64,000 bases of DNA from an uncultured Clostridia bacterium (GTDB lineage Bacteria; Bacillota; Clostridia; TANB77; CAG-508): NCBI GenBank assembly GCA_934122235.1, contig CAKOWE010000003.1:3716-67715 (forward strand). Direction: 5' to 3'. The notes beneath the pieces are model-generated. The model did no database searches, was not told the DNA's origin, and saw only the letters and a list, made by a program, of their open reading frames with translations. Positions 29,261-39,807 of the stretch are shown here, piece after piece. The position numbers and the translations under genes are program-made. Within the stretch, counting starts at the first letter, position 1, and each line of letters starts with the position of its first letter.

Positions 29261-30448
29261 ATGAAACCAGAAGCGATATCTGTAACTGAGTTAAATAAAT
29301 ATATAAAAGAGAAAGTAGCAAGCGATGAATATTTAAATAGCGTTTTAGTAAAAGGAGAAATATCGAATTTTAAGCATCATTATACAGGACATATGTATTT
29401 TACCTTAAAGGATGAGAATTCTTTAATAAAATGTATAATGTTTAAAACATCAACTGCTACTTTAAATTTTATACCTAAAGATGGAATAAAAGTACAAGTA
29501 TTTGGAACTGTTGCTGTATTTGAAAGAGATGGTGTATATCAAATATATTGTAAAGCAATGCAAGAAGATGGCGTTGGAAGTTTACACAAAGCATACGAAG
29601 AACTAAAAGCAAGACTAGAAAAACAAGGATATTTTGATAAATCACATAAAAAGAAAATACCATATATGCCTAAAACTATTGGAGTATTAACTTCAAAAAC
29701 AGGTTCTGTAATTAGAGATATAATAAATGTATCAACAAGAAGAAATCCAAATGTACATATTAGACTATTACCAGTACCTGTTCAAGGAGAAGGGGCTGCA
29801 GAAAAAATATCAGATGCAATAGATTATATGAATAAAAAAAATTTGGCTGATGTATTAATAATAGCAAGAGGTGGAGGTTCATTAGAAGACTTGTGGCCTT
29901 TTAATGAAGAAATTGTGGCAAATGCAATATATAATTCTGATATACCAATAATATCTGCGGTTGGACACGAAACAGATTTTACGATAGCTGATTTTGTAGC
30001 AGATTTAAGAGCACCAACGCCTTCAGCAGCAGCAGAGCTTGCACAAGCGGATGTTGAAGAACTAAAATTAAGATTAGAAACATATAATAGAAGATATAAA
30101 GTTGCACTAAAAAAGAAGATAGAATATATGAAATTGAGGTATGAAAAATGTAAGGCATCTAGAGTGTTTAAAGAACCATATCAAAAAATAAACGAGAGAT
30201 ATGTGAGCATTGATATGGATGTGAAAGCTTTGCAAAATTGTATAATAAATAAAATAAAAGATTCAAGAACATTATCTGTAGAGACAATATCAAAACTTGA
30301 TGCCTTAAGTCCTTTAAAAACATTGACAAGAGGATATTGCATAGCAGAACATAATGATAAAATAATAAAAAGTGTAAACGATTTAAATGTAGATGATAAA
30401 ATAACATTGAAGTTTACAGATGGAGAAAAGTTAGCAAATATATTATAG
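29261..30448 (+). CDS. xseA: exodeoxyribonuclease VII large subunit
   Basis: OB-fold N-terminus and catalytic core (IARGGGSLEDLWPFNEE, AVGHETDFTIADFVADLRAPTPSAAAE). Confidence 0.9.
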   Translation: MKPEAISVTELNKYIKEKVASDEYLNSVLVKGEISNFKHHYTGHMYFTLKDENSLIKCIMFKTSTATLNFIPKDGIKVQVFGTVAVFERDGVYQIYCKAMQEDGVGSLHKAYEELKARLEKQGYFDKSHKKKIPYMPKTIGVLTSKTGSVIRDIINVSTRRNPNVHIRLLPVPVQGEGAAEKISDAIDYMNKKNLADVLIIARGGGSLEDLWPFNEEIVANAIYNSDIPIISAVGHETDFTIADFVADLRAPTPSAAAELAQADVEELKLRLETYNRRYKVALKKKIEYMKLRYEKCKASRVFKEPYQKINERYVSIDMDVKALQNCIINKIKDSRTLSVETISKLDALSPLKTLTRGYCIAEHNDKIIKSVNDLNVDDKITLKFTDGEKLANIL

Positions 30449-30479
30449 CTTAAAGTATAAACATAAGAGGAGGTAAAAA

Positions 30480-30932
30480 ATGAATAAAAAAATGTTAATA
30501 GCAATAGTTGCAATTGTATTAATAGTAGTGTTAGCAATATATACAGGAGTTAATTTAAGCAATAAAAATGCAGAGCCAGTAAGTGGTGTGCCAACACAAC
30601 AGCCTTCAGCTACATCAACAAGTGTGGTAAGTACTCCAACGTCTGAAATAGAAAGCCCTTTAGCTACAGAAGAACCACAAGAGACACAAACACCGGAGCC
30701 AACACCAATTGACGTTTCTAAGATGACAGCTCAACAAAAAGAAGAGTATGCAATTAACATAGCTAAAGAAGCTTGGCAAAAATTAAATACTCATCAAAAA
30801 GTTTATTATTCTATTGCAACAATAGATAGTGATGGAGATTATATAGTAACAGTAAGAGCTGAAGAAAATACCAATGCTTTAGCTTGGTATAAAATAAATG
30901 TAAGTACAGGTAGTTGCAATGCAATAAATTAA
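30480..30932 (+). CDS. secreted/lipoprotein-like hypothetical protein inserted between xseA and xseB
   Basis: Signal anchor, Thr/Pro-rich linker, small C-terminal globular domain; RBS AGGAGG. Confidence 0.4.
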   Translation: MNKKMLIAIVAIVLIVVLAIYTGVNLSNKNAEPVSGVPTQQPSATSTSVVSTPTSEIESPLATEEPQETQTPEPTPIDVSKMTAQQKEEYAINIAKEAWQKLNTHQKVYYSIATIDSDGDYIVTVRAEENTNALAWYKINVSTGSCNAIN

Positions 30933-30955
30933 TTAATTTATTTATGGGGGAAAAT

Positions 30956-31186
30956 ATGGAAGAAGAAAAATTGAATTTTGAAGTAGCAATCAAGAGTTTA
31001 GAACAAATAGTGCAAGAATTAGAAAAAGGAGATTTAAACTTAGATGAATCAATGAAAAAGTTCGAAGAGGGAATGGCTTTGTCTAAAAAATGCACAAAAA
31101 TATTAGAAGAAGCAGAAAAGAAGATAACAATATTGATTAAAGATGGAGAAAACGTTAAAGAAGAAAATTTTTCGGCGACTGAATAG
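30956..31186 (+). CDS. xseB: exodeoxyribonuclease VII small subunit
   Basis: FEVAIKSLEQIVQELEKGDLNLDESMKKFEEG helical hairpin typical of XseB; start at ATG 30956. Confidence 0.85.
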   Translation: MEEEKLNFEVAIKSLEQIVQELEKGDLNLDESMKKFEEGMALSKKCTKILEEAEKKITILIKDGENVKEENFSATE

Positions 31187-31201
31187 AAAGGAAATTTTTA
31201 T

Positions 31202-31642
31202 ATGGATGTTTTAGGAGAAATATTTACAAATAAGTATATATATATACCTATTTTGTTATGGTTTTTTATACAGCTATTTAAAGTATTATGGGATCTAATA
31301 AAAGAGCATAAGTTTGACTTTAAAAGAATATTAGGAGCAGGAGGAATGCCAAGTTCACATTCAGCGGTAGTGTGTTGCTTAGCGGTATTAATAGGAAAGG
31401 CTTATGGCTTTTCAAGTCCTATTTTTGCTTTGGCAATGATTTTCGGAGTTGTTGTAATGTATGATGCCTGTGGAGTAAGACGTGCAGCTGGAAAACAAGC
31501 AACAATATTAAATAGGATAATATCAACTCCTGGATTAACGGGAGTGCAAGTGCAAGAAAGACTAGTAGAGGTGTTAGGACATACGCCGGTGCAGGTGTTT
31601 GTTGGAGCAATAATTGGGCTTGTAACAGGAGCATTATTATAA
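31202..31642 (+). CDS. divergent PAP2 family protein (DUF212/YuiD-like)
   Basis: GGMPSSHSAVV and MYDACGVRRAAGKQA motifs. Confidence 0.8.
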   Translation: MDVLGEIFTNKYIYIPILLWFFIQLFKVLWDLIKEHKFDFKRILGAGGMPSSHSAVVCCLAVLIGKAYGFSSPIFALAMIFGVVVMYDACGVRRAAGKQATILNRIISTPGLTGVQVQERLVEVLGHTPVQVFVGAIIGLVTGALL

Positions 31643-31669
31643 TAATTAAATATAAAAGGAGATGTGAAT

Positions 31670-33331
31670 ATGGAAGATATAGAAATAGCAAGAAGCGTAA
31701 AGTTAAAAAACATAACGGAAATAGTAAAAAAAATGGGTATAAACGAAGAATATATTGAGCAATATGGAAAATATAAAGCTAAAATATCTAGTAATATATT
31801 AAAAGAATTAGATAATAAAGAAGACGGAAAACTAATACTAGTAACATCTATAAATCCAACACCATTAGGAGAAGGTAAAACTACAATATCAATAGGATTA
31901 GCTGATGGCTTAGCAAAAATGGGTAAAAAGTCAATAATTGCTTTAAGAGAACCATCTTTAGGTCCTGTATTTGGAATAAAAGGTGGAGCGACTGGGGGAG
32001 GCTATGCACAAATTGCACCTATGGAAGAGATAAATTTACATTTTACAGGAGATATACACGCAATAACATCTGCAAATAATTTATTAGCTGCTTTAATTGA
32101 TAATCATATTTTCTTTGGAAATGAATTAGGATTTAAAAAGATTATATGGAAAAGATGTGTTGATTTAAATGATAGAGCTTTAAGAAAGGTAGAAATAGGC
32201 TTATCTGGCGAAAAGAATTTGATTCCAAGAGAAGATGGTTTTGATATAACTGTTGCTTCAGAAATAATGGCCATTTTTTGTTTAGCTACAGATTTAAATG
32301 ACTTGAGAACAAGACTTGGTAATATAATAATTGGATATAATAATGATAATGAACCAATAAGAGCTAAAGATTTAAAAGCTGAGGGAGCGATGACAGCTTT
32401 ACTTAAAGATGCGTTTAATCCGAATGTTGTACAAACATTAGAAGGAACACCAGCTATAGTTCATGGAGGGCCATTTGCTAATATTGCTCATGGATGCAAT
32501 AGTGTAATAGCAACAAAGATGGCTATGAAATTATCTGAATATACAATTACAGAAGCTGGTTTTGGAGCTGATTTAGGTGCTGAAAAGTTTTTGGATATAA
32601 AAGCTAGAAATTTACCTAAAAAACCAGATGCAGTAGTTTGTGTTGCTACAATAAAAGCGTTAAAATATCATGGTGGAATGGAAATTGCTGAAATATCAAA
32701 CGAGGGCTTAGAGTATCTAGAAAGAGGAGTACATAATTTATTAAAACATATAGATAATATAAAAAATAAGTTTGGATTAAATGTGATAGTTGCAATAAAT
32801 AAATTTAACCAGGATACAGATAGAGAGATAGAATTTTTACAAAATAAATTAAAGGAGCAAGGTGTAAACTTGAGTTTAGTAGAAGCATGGGGAAAAGGTG
32901 GAGTTGGTGCAAAAGATTTAGCTCAAAAAGTTATAGATTTATGCAATGTTCCTAATAAATTTAGTTATATATATAATTTAGAGGATAGTATACAAGAAAA
33001 AATAGAAAAAATAACAACTAAACTTTATGGTGCGGAAGGCGTAGAATATACAGATGAAAGTTTAGAGCAAATAAAACAAATAGAAGAGTTAGGATATAGC
33101 AAGTTACCAGTATGTATTGCAAAAACTCAATATTCTTTTTCAGATGATGCTAAAAATTTAGAATGTAAAGAACCATTTAAAATACATGTAAAAAATGTTA
33201 TTTTGAAATCAGGTGCAGGATTTATTGTTGTATTAACAGGAAATATATTTACAATGCCAGGATTACCAAAAGTTCCAGCGTCAGAAAAAATAGATGTAGA
33301 TGAAAATGGAAATATAGTTGGTATATTTTAA
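31670..33331 (+). CDS. fhs: formate--tetrahydrofolate ligase
   Basis: IEIARSVKLKNI..TPLGEGKTT P-loop region and conserved FTHFS core; 554 aa. Confidence 0.95.
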   Translation: MEDIEIARSVKLKNITEIVKKMGINEEYIEQYGKYKAKISSNILKELDNKEDGKLILVTSINPTPLGEGKTTISIGLADGLAKMGKKSIIALREPSLGPVFGIKGGATGGGYAQIAPMEEINLHFTGDIHAITSANNLLAALIDNHIFFGNELGFKKIIWKRCVDLNDRALRKVEIGLSGEKNLIPREDGFDITVASEIMAIFCLATDLNDLRTRLGNIIIGYNNDNEPIRAKDLKAEGAMTALLKDAFNPNVVQTLEGTPAIVHGGPFANIAHGCNSVIATKMAMKLSEYTITEAGFGADLGAEKFLDIKARNLPKKPDAVVCVATIKALKYHGGMEIAEISNEGLEYLERGVHNLLKHIDNIKNKFGLNVIVAINKFNQDTDREIEFLQNKLKEQGVNLSLVEAWGKGGVGAKDLAQKVIDLCNVPNKFSYIYNLEDSIQEKIEKITTKLYGAEGVEYTDESLEQIKQIEELGYSKLPVCIAKTQYSFSDDAKNLECKEPFKIHVKNVILKSGAGFIVVLTGNIFTMPGLPKVPASEKIDVDENGNIVGIF

Positions 33332-33399
33332 GAAAACAACTATTGCGTTTTTTAGGTATATATGATATTATTATAAACAATAATTAAAATGCTAAGAAA

Positions 33400-33632
33400 A
33401 AGAGGAGTATGTTTGTTACTGCTTAACAGAGAATGAAAGTCATAGGTTGAGAGCTTTCTAAGTATTAGAACAATCAGAAGGTAGCTTTGGAGTTGATATA
33501 GTGAAAAAATAAAGTAAGTATATCCGTTTTAGCAACGTTAAATGCTTTTTTAAGATATTATAATATAATTATAATAATTAAGGTGGTACCGTGGATTAAA
33601 CTCTGCCCTTATATATGGGGCAGAGTTTTTTT
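33400..33632 (+). promoter_or_regulatory. T-box riboswitch leader controlling valS
   Basis: AGAGA-containing stem I (aacagagaatgaaag), T-box sequence aattaaggtggtaccgtgg 33577-33595, terminator ctctgccc..gggcagag + ttttttt (33601-33632). Confidence 0.7.
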
Positions 33633-33682
33633 ATTATAAAATATTCACTGTATTGCAATATAAAAAATGAGGAGGATGCTAT

Positions 33683-36325
33683 ATGTGTGAAAATTGTAAT
33701 CACAAATTAAATGACAAATTTAATCCCAAAGACTTTGAAGACAAGATTTATGAAAAGTGGATGAGCAAAAAGTATTTTAGACCAAATGGAGATAAAACGA
33801 AAAAATCATATTCTATTGTTATGCCACCACCAAATATAACTGGAAAATTACATATGGGGCATGCATTAGATAATACATTACAAGATATATTAATTAGATA
33901 TAAAAGAATGTGTGGTTATAACACGTTGTGGGTTCCTGGTACAGATCATGCTGCAATTGCAACAGAAGCAAAAATAGTAGAAAAATTAAAAAAAGATGGA
34001 ATTACTAAAGAAGATTTAGGAAGAGAAGGATTTCTAGAAAAAGCTTGGGAATGGAAAAAAGAATATGGTAATACAATTACAGAACAATTAAAAAAATTAG
34101 GGGCATCTTGTGATTGGGAACATGAAAGATTTACAATGGATGAAGGCTTATCTAACGCAGTAAAACATGTATTTATTAAACTATATGAAAAAGGTTTAAT
34201 ATATAAAGGAAAAAGAATGATAAACTGGTGTCCAAATTGCAATACTTCTATTTCTGATGCAGAAGTTGAATACGAAGAGGAACCAACAAAATTATGGCAT
34301 ATAAGATATAAAATAACAGGTACAGATAAATATATAACAGTTGCAACAACAAGACCGGAAACAATGCTAGGAGATACAGCGGTTGCTGTTAATCCAGATG
34401 ATGAAAGATATAAAGATATTATAGGAAAAACTTGTATCTTACCAATAATGAATAAGGAAATTCCGATTATTGCTGATGAATTTGTTGAGAAAGAATTTGG
34501 AACAGGCTGTGTAAAGATTACTCCGGCACATGATCCTAATGATTATCAAGCAGGATTGAGACATAATTTGGAAGTAATAGAGGTATTTGATGAAAATTGG
34601 AAGATGACAGATTTAGTCCCAGAATATAAGGGATTAGATATGTATGAAGCAAGAAAATTAATTGTGCAAAAACTAGAAGAAATAGGTGCATTAGTAAAAA
34701 TAGAAGATTATAATCACAATGTTGGAAAATGTTATAGATGTCATAATACAGTAGAACCAAAAATATCAGAGCAATGGTTTGTAAAAATGAAACCATTAGC
34801 AGAACCAGCAATTGAAGCTGTTAGAAGCGGAAAAATAAAATTTGTGCCTGAAAGATTTGATAAAATTTATTATAATTGGATGGAAAATATTCAAGATTGG
34901 TGTATATCTCGTCAATTATGGTGGGGACATAGAATACCAGCATATTATTGCAAAGATTGTGGAGAGATAATTGTTTCGGCAGAAAAACCAAATAGTTGCA
35001 CAAAGTGTGGTGGAAATAATATTAAACAAGACGAAGATACATTGGATACTTGGTTTAGTTCAGCATTATGGCCTTTTTCTACTTTAGGATGGCCTGAAGA
35101 AACAGAAGATTTAAAAACATTTTATCCAACAAATGTACTTGTAACAGGATATGATATAATTTTCTTCTGGGTAGCTAGAATGATTTTTTCAGGATTAGAG
35201 CATATGGGAGATATTCCTTTTGATACAGTGTTTATACATGGAATTGTAAGAGACAGCCAAGGAAGAAAGATGTCTAAGAGCTTAGGAAATGGAATTGATC
35301 CATTGGAAATTATAGATAAATATGGAACAGATGCATTAAGATTTTCTTTAATATTAGGAACATCACCAGGAAATGATATAAGATATATGCCAGAAAAATT
35401 AGAGTCAGCAGGAAATTTTGCAAATAAAGTATGGAATGCTGCTAAATTTGTTTTAATGAATTTAGAAGATTACGATAAAAATAATATAGAAGAGAATTTT
35501 ACATATGAGGATAAATGGATTTTATCTAAATTAAATACAGTTTGCAAAGAAGTTAAAACTAATATAGATAATTATGATTTAGGAATAGCATTAGAAAAAA
35601 TATATAATTTTATATGGGACGAATTTTGTGATTGGTATATAGAAATAGTAAAACCACGTTTATACGATAAAGAAAACCCAACTAGAAAAACAGCTCAATA
35701 TGTATTAAACAAAGTTTTGGAAAATTCTTTAAAATTATTACATCCGTTTATGCCATTTGTAACAGAAGAAATTTATACTAAATTATATAATGATGATGAA
35801 AGCATAATGATTGCTCAATATCCAGAATATGAAGAAAAATACAACTATATAAGAGAAGAAGAGAATATAGAGCAATTAAAAGAAGTAATAACAGGAATAA
35901 GAAATGTTCGTACAAAAATGAATGTACATCCATCTAAAAAATCTACATTAATATTTATAACAACAGAATATAAAGATTTAATAGAAAAATCAGAAGCGTT
36001 TATAAAAAAACTAGGATTTGCAGATAATATAAAAATTATTCCAGAAAAAATAGATATTCCACAAAATGCGGTAAATGTTGTAACATCAAGAATGGAAGTG
36101 TTTATACCATTTGAGGATTTAGTTGATATAAAAGAAGAAATAGAAAGATTAGAAAAAGAAAAATCAAAAATATTGCTTGAGAAAGAAAAAACAGATAAAA
36201 TGTTATCAAATCCAGGATTTATTGCAAAAGCACCAGCAGCAAAAGTTGAAGAAGAAAAACAAAAATTAGCAAAATTTAATGATATGATTGCATCAATAGA
36301 TGAAAGAATATCAAATTTGAAATAG
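33683..36325 (+). CDS. valS: valine--tRNA ligase
   Basis: HIGH (PPPNITGKLHMGHAL) and KMSKS (KMSKSLGN) motifs, editing domain, C-terminal coiled coil; 880 aa. Confidence 0.95.
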   Translation: MCENCNHKLNDKFNPKDFEDKIYEKWMSKKYFRPNGDKTKKSYSIVMPPPNITGKLHMGHALDNTLQDILIRYKRMCGYNTLWVPGTDHAAIATEAKIVEKLKKDGITKEDLGREGFLEKAWEWKKEYGNTITEQLKKLGASCDWEHERFTMDEGLSNAVKHVFIKLYEKGLIYKGKRMINWCPNCNTSISDAEVEYEEEPTKLWHIRYKITGTDKYITVATTRPETMLGDTAVAVNPDDERYKDIIGKTCILPIMNKEIPIIADEFVEKEFGTGCVKITPAHDPNDYQAGLRHNLEVIEVFDENWKMTDLVPEYKGLDMYEARKLIVQKLEEIGALVKIEDYNHNVGKCYRCHNTVEPKISEQWFVKMKPLAEPAIEAVRSGKIKFVPERFDKIYYNWMENIQDWCISRQLWWGHRIPAYYCKDCGEIIVSAEKPNSCTKCGGNNIKQDEDTLDTWFSSALWPFSTLGWPEETEDLKTFYPTNVLVTGYDIIFFWVARMIFSGLEHMGDIPFDTVFIHGIVRDSQGRKMSKSLGNGIDPLEIIDKYGTDALRFSLILGTSPGNDIRYMPEKLESAGNFANKVWNAAKFVLMNLEDYDKNNIEENFTYEDKWILSKLNTVCKEVKTNIDNYDLGIALEKIYNFIWDEFCDWYIEIVKPRLYDKENPTRKTAQYVLNKVLENSLKLLHPFMPFVTEEIYTKLYNDDESIMIAQYPEYEEKYNYIREEENIEQLKEVITGIRNVRTKMNVHPSKKSTLIFITTEYKDLIEKSEAFIKKLGFADNIKIIPEKIDIPQNAVNVVTSRMEVFIPFEDLVDIKEEIERLEKEKSKILLEKEKTDKMLSNPGFIAKAPAAKVEEEKQKLAKFNDMIASIDERISNLK

Positions 36326-36332
36326 ACCAAAA

Positions 36333-36361
36333 TTCAAGGAACGAATTATTCGTTCCTTGAA
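36333..36361. terminator. bidirectional terminator between valS (+) and asd (-)
   Basis: ttcaaggaacgaattattcgttccttgaa perfect hairpin; overlaps the last codons of asd. Confidence 0.6.
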
Positions 36362-37350
36362 TTATTTATAAGATATTCCATTATTTGAATTGCGTTTGTG
36401 GCTGCTCCTTTTCTAATATTATCTGCAACAACCCATAAGTTAATGCCGGAAGCAACACTAAAATCTCTACGGATTCTACCCACAAAAACTTCATCTTTTC
36501 CAGTGGCATTAATTGCTAAAGGATAAGAGTTATTTGTAATATCATCTTCTACAATTATTCCTGGGCTATTTATCAAGGTTTTTTTTAATTCGTAAAGGTT
36601 AAATTCTTTTTCAAATTCTACGTTTATTGATTCACTATGAGAGTTGATAACAGGGACTCTTACGGCTGTTGCTGTTATTTTTAAATCTGGATTTTTTAGT
36701 ATTTTTCGTGTTTCGTTAATCATTTTTTCTTCCTCTTTTGTATAAGAATTATCTAAAAATATATCAATATGTGGCAAGCAATTATTGTATATAGGATGTG
36801 GAAATTTTTGAGGTGTTAAACCTTTATAACCGTTTTCTAAATCATCAATTCCTTTTTTTCCTGCACCTGAAACTGCTTGATATGTAGAGTAAACTATTCT
36901 TTTTATTTTATATTTTTCATCTAAAGGTTTTAATGCAACAACAGCTTGAATAGTAGAACAATTTGGGTTTGCAATAATTCCATGATTATTTAATATTTCT
37001 TCTGGATTAACTTCTGGAACTACTAATGGAACATCTTCGTTCATTCTAAAAGTACTGCTATTATCAATAACAATGCAATTTTTAGAAACTGCTATGGGAG
37101 CAAATTTTTGAGATATTGCACCTCCTGCCGAGAAAATTGCAAAATCGAATCCGGAGTCAAATGAATTTTCTGTTAATTCTTCAATTTGATAGGTAGTTCC
37201 TTTAAATTCTAGATTTTTTCCAGCAGATTTCTTAGAGGCAAAAAAAGAATATTTAGATATAGGTAAATTTTTTTCTTCTAATATTTTTATGGCAGTTCTT
37301 CCAACAACACCAGTTGCACCAACAATAGCTATTTTATAATTTTTATTCAT
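36346..37350 (-). CDS. asd: aspartate-semialdehyde dehydrogenase
   Basis: MNKNYKIAIVGATGVVG Rossmann N-terminus, conserved ASADH core; start at 37350 behind GGAGG. Confidence 0.9.
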   Translation of the reverse strand: MNKNYKIAIVGATGVVGRTAIKILEEKNLPISKYSFFASKKSAGKNLEFKGTTYQIEELTENSFDSGFDFAIFSAGGAISQKFAPIAVSKNCIVIDNSSTFRMNEDVPLVVPEVNPEEILNNHGIIANPNCSTIQAVVALKPLDEKYKIKRIVYSTYQAVSGAGKKGIDDLENGYKGLTPQKFPHPIYNNCLPHIDIFLDNSYTKEEEKMINETRKILKNPDLKITATAVRVPVINSHSESINVEFEKEFNLYELKKTLINSPGIIVEDDITNNSYPLAINATGKDEVFVGRIRRDFSVASGINLWVVADNIRKGAATNAIQIMEYLINNSRNE

Positions 37351-37483
37351 AGTAACCTCCTTAATATTAAAGTTTGTATGATTTAGTCTTGTTTTAAATA
37401 AAAATTTATAAATCTTCATTGTATTATAAAAATACTTATGATAGAATTTGGATAGTAAAATTTATTAATAGGAGTAAAAAAAT

Positions 37484-38680
37484 ATGACTGAAAAAGTTTG
37501 GAATTTTATAGAGAAAAAAAAGTTTATTATATTTTTTATAATAATAACTGTAATTGCTATGTATGCAAGAACTTTAATGTTAGATTTTGTTTCAGGAGAT
37601 TTTGGAGCATGCATAGAGCCATGGTTTTATAAACTAAAAGCAAATGGAGGATTAAGTGCTCTAAAATTAGATATTGGTAATTATAATTTACCATATTTAA
37701 CAATTTTAGCTTTACTTACATATTTGCCAATAGCACCAATAGTATCTGTTAAAATGGTATCTATAGTATTTGATTTTGTATCTGCCTTGGCAGCAATGAA
37801 AATAGTTTATATAGTATTAAAAGATAATAAAAACAAAGATTTTTTTGCATTGATTATATATGGAGTAATACTATTTTTACCAACAGTATTGTTAAATTCG
37901 GCATGTTGGGGACAAGCAGATTCAATTTATGCAGCATTTATAATGTTATCAATTGTGGCTTTACTAGAAGAAAAATATATAAAATCATTTATATTATTAG
38001 GAGTATCTTTTGCTTTTAAACTACAATTTATGTTTATAGTGCCATTATACATTTTAATATATATTTCTAAAAGAAAGTTTCCAATATACTATTTCTTTAT
38101 TGTTCCATTAGTAAACTTTATAATGTGTTTGCCAGCTATAATGTTTGGAAAACCAATTTCAGCGTGTATAGATATATATTTGAATCAGACAACAGAATAT
38201 GATGCATATTTAAGTATGAATTTTCCTGGAATATATAATTTGTTATTTCCAACAAATGGTACATATGTAATTGCACCAAATGAGTATATGGGTAAGGTTG
38301 GTGTGTTAGCTACAATATTTGTTTTTGTTATAATTGCATTTATTGTACTATATAAAAAGATTGAATTTAATAAACAACAGATAATTGAATTTGGATTATG
38401 GTCTGTGATGATAGCGACATTTTTATTACCTCATATGCATGATAGATATTTGTTTGTTGGAGATATGTTAAGTATATTATATGTAATATACAACAGAGAT
38501 AAGATATATGTACCAATAGGAATATCGTTAGTTTCTATGTACGGATATACTGGATTTCTATTTGGAGTAAATCCAGTGCCAATACAATATATAAGTTTTA
38601 TATATCTGATATTATTAGTTATTGTAACGAAAGACATTTATAATAAATATTTTAGAATGAATATTGATGAACAGTGTTAG
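37484..38680 (+). CDS. polytopic membrane protein, putative GT-C-fold glycosyltransferase (DUF2029/GT87-like)
   Basis: About 11 TM helices, first extracytoplasmic loop with acidic motif (FVSGDFGACIEPW) and CWGQADSIYAAF; assignment tentative. Confidence 0.35.
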   Translation: MTEKVWNFIEKKKFIIFFIIITVIAMYARTLMLDFVSGDFGACIEPWFYKLKANGGLSALKLDIGNYNLPYLTILALLTYLPIAPIVSVKMVSIVFDFVSALAAMKIVYIVLKDNKNKDFFALIIYGVILFLPTVLLNSACWGQADSIYAAFIMLSIVALLEEKYIKSFILLGVSFAFKLQFMFIVPLYILIYISKRKFPIYYFFIVPLVNFIMCLPAIMFGKPISACIDIYLNQTTEYDAYLSMNFPGIYNLLFPTNGTYVIAPNEYMGKVGVLATIFVFVIIAFIVLYKKIEFNKQQIIEFGLWSVMIATFLLPHMHDRYLFVGDMLSILYVIYNRDKIYVPIGISLVSMYGYTGFLFGVNPVPIQYISFIYLILLVIVTKDIYNKYFRMNIDEQC

Positions 38681-38745
38681 GTAAAAGTTATAGGCTGTAA
38701 ATTAAATATTGAAAAAAATATATTAATATGATATAAGATACGCAG

Positions 38746-39777
38746 GTGAGTTTTTTGAAGAAAAACATAAAAGATTATAATTTAGATGAATTAAAAGAAA
38801 AATTTATAAAATTAGGAGAAAAACCATATAGAGCAGAACAAGTTTTTAAATGGATACATCAAGCAAATGTAACTAGTTTTGATGAAATGACTAATATTTC
38901 GTTAGAGTTAAGAGAAAAACTACAAGACGAATTTTCGTTATGTATATATAATGTTATAAGAAAACAAGAGTCAAAGGATGGTACAAAAAAATATTTATTT
39001 GATGTGCTAGATGGAAATGCTATAGAAACTGTATTAATGGAATACAAACATGGAAAGTCTATATGTGTATCAACTCAAATTGGTTGTAAAATGGGATGCA
39101 AATTTTGTGCCTCAACAGGAATTGAGTTTGTTAGAAGTTTAACTCCAGGTGAAATTATAGAACAAGTATTAGCAGTACAAAGAGATGAAAACGTTAAAGT
39201 ATCAAACTTGGTTTTTATGGGAATAGGAGAGCCATTAGATAATTATGATAATGTAATGAAAGCAATTAAAATATTAAATAATCCAAAAGGTATAAATATG
39301 GGGGCAAGACACATAAGCATATCAACAAGTGGACTAGTACCTAAGATATATAAATTAGCTGATGAGAATATACAGTGTACATTATCTATATCGTTGCATG
39401 CTACTACAGATGAAAAGAGAAGTGCATTAATGCCTGTAAATAATGCATATAACATCGAAGAATTAATGAAAGCATGTAAATATTATATAGAAAAAACTAA
39501 TAAGAGAATATCTTTTGAATACGCATTAGCAAAGGATAATAATGATAATTTAGATGATGCTAAACAGTTAGTAAAGCTGTTAAAAGGTATGTTGTGTCAT
39601 GTTAATTTGATTCCTATAAATAAAATAGAGAATGGAAAATTTACCAAAAGTACAAATGAAAATATACTAAAGTTTAGGGATTATTTGAATGATAATGGAA
39701 TTGTGGCAACAGTAAGAAGAGAACTTGGTTCTGATATTGATGCTGCATGTGGGCAATTAAGAAGAAAAAATTTATAA
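38746..39777 (+). CDS. rlmN: 23S rRNA (adenine2503-C2)-methyltransferase RlmN (radical SAM)
   Basis: CVSTQIGCKMGCKFCASTG radical-SAM cysteine motif and RlmN/Cfr core; GTG start 38746 (alternative TTG 38755). Confidence 0.85.
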   Translation: MSFLKKNIKDYNLDELKEKFIKLGEKPYRAEQVFKWIHQANVTSFDEMTNISLELREKLQDEFSLCIYNVIRKQESKDGTKKYLFDVLDGNAIETVLMEYKHGKSICVSTQIGCKMGCKFCASTGIEFVRSLTPGEIIEQVLAVQRDENVKVSNLVFMGIGEPLDNYDNVMKAIKILNNPKGINMGARHISISTSGLVPKIYKLADENIQCTLSISLHATTDEKRSALMPVNNAYNIEELMKACKYYIEKTNKRISFEYALAKDNNDNLDDAKQLVKLLKGMLCHVNLIPINKIENGKFTKSTNENILKFRDYLNDNGIVATVRRELGSDIDAACGQLRRKNL

Positions 39778-39807
39778 AATGTTGCTTGAAAGGGATGAAA
39801 AGAGAAT

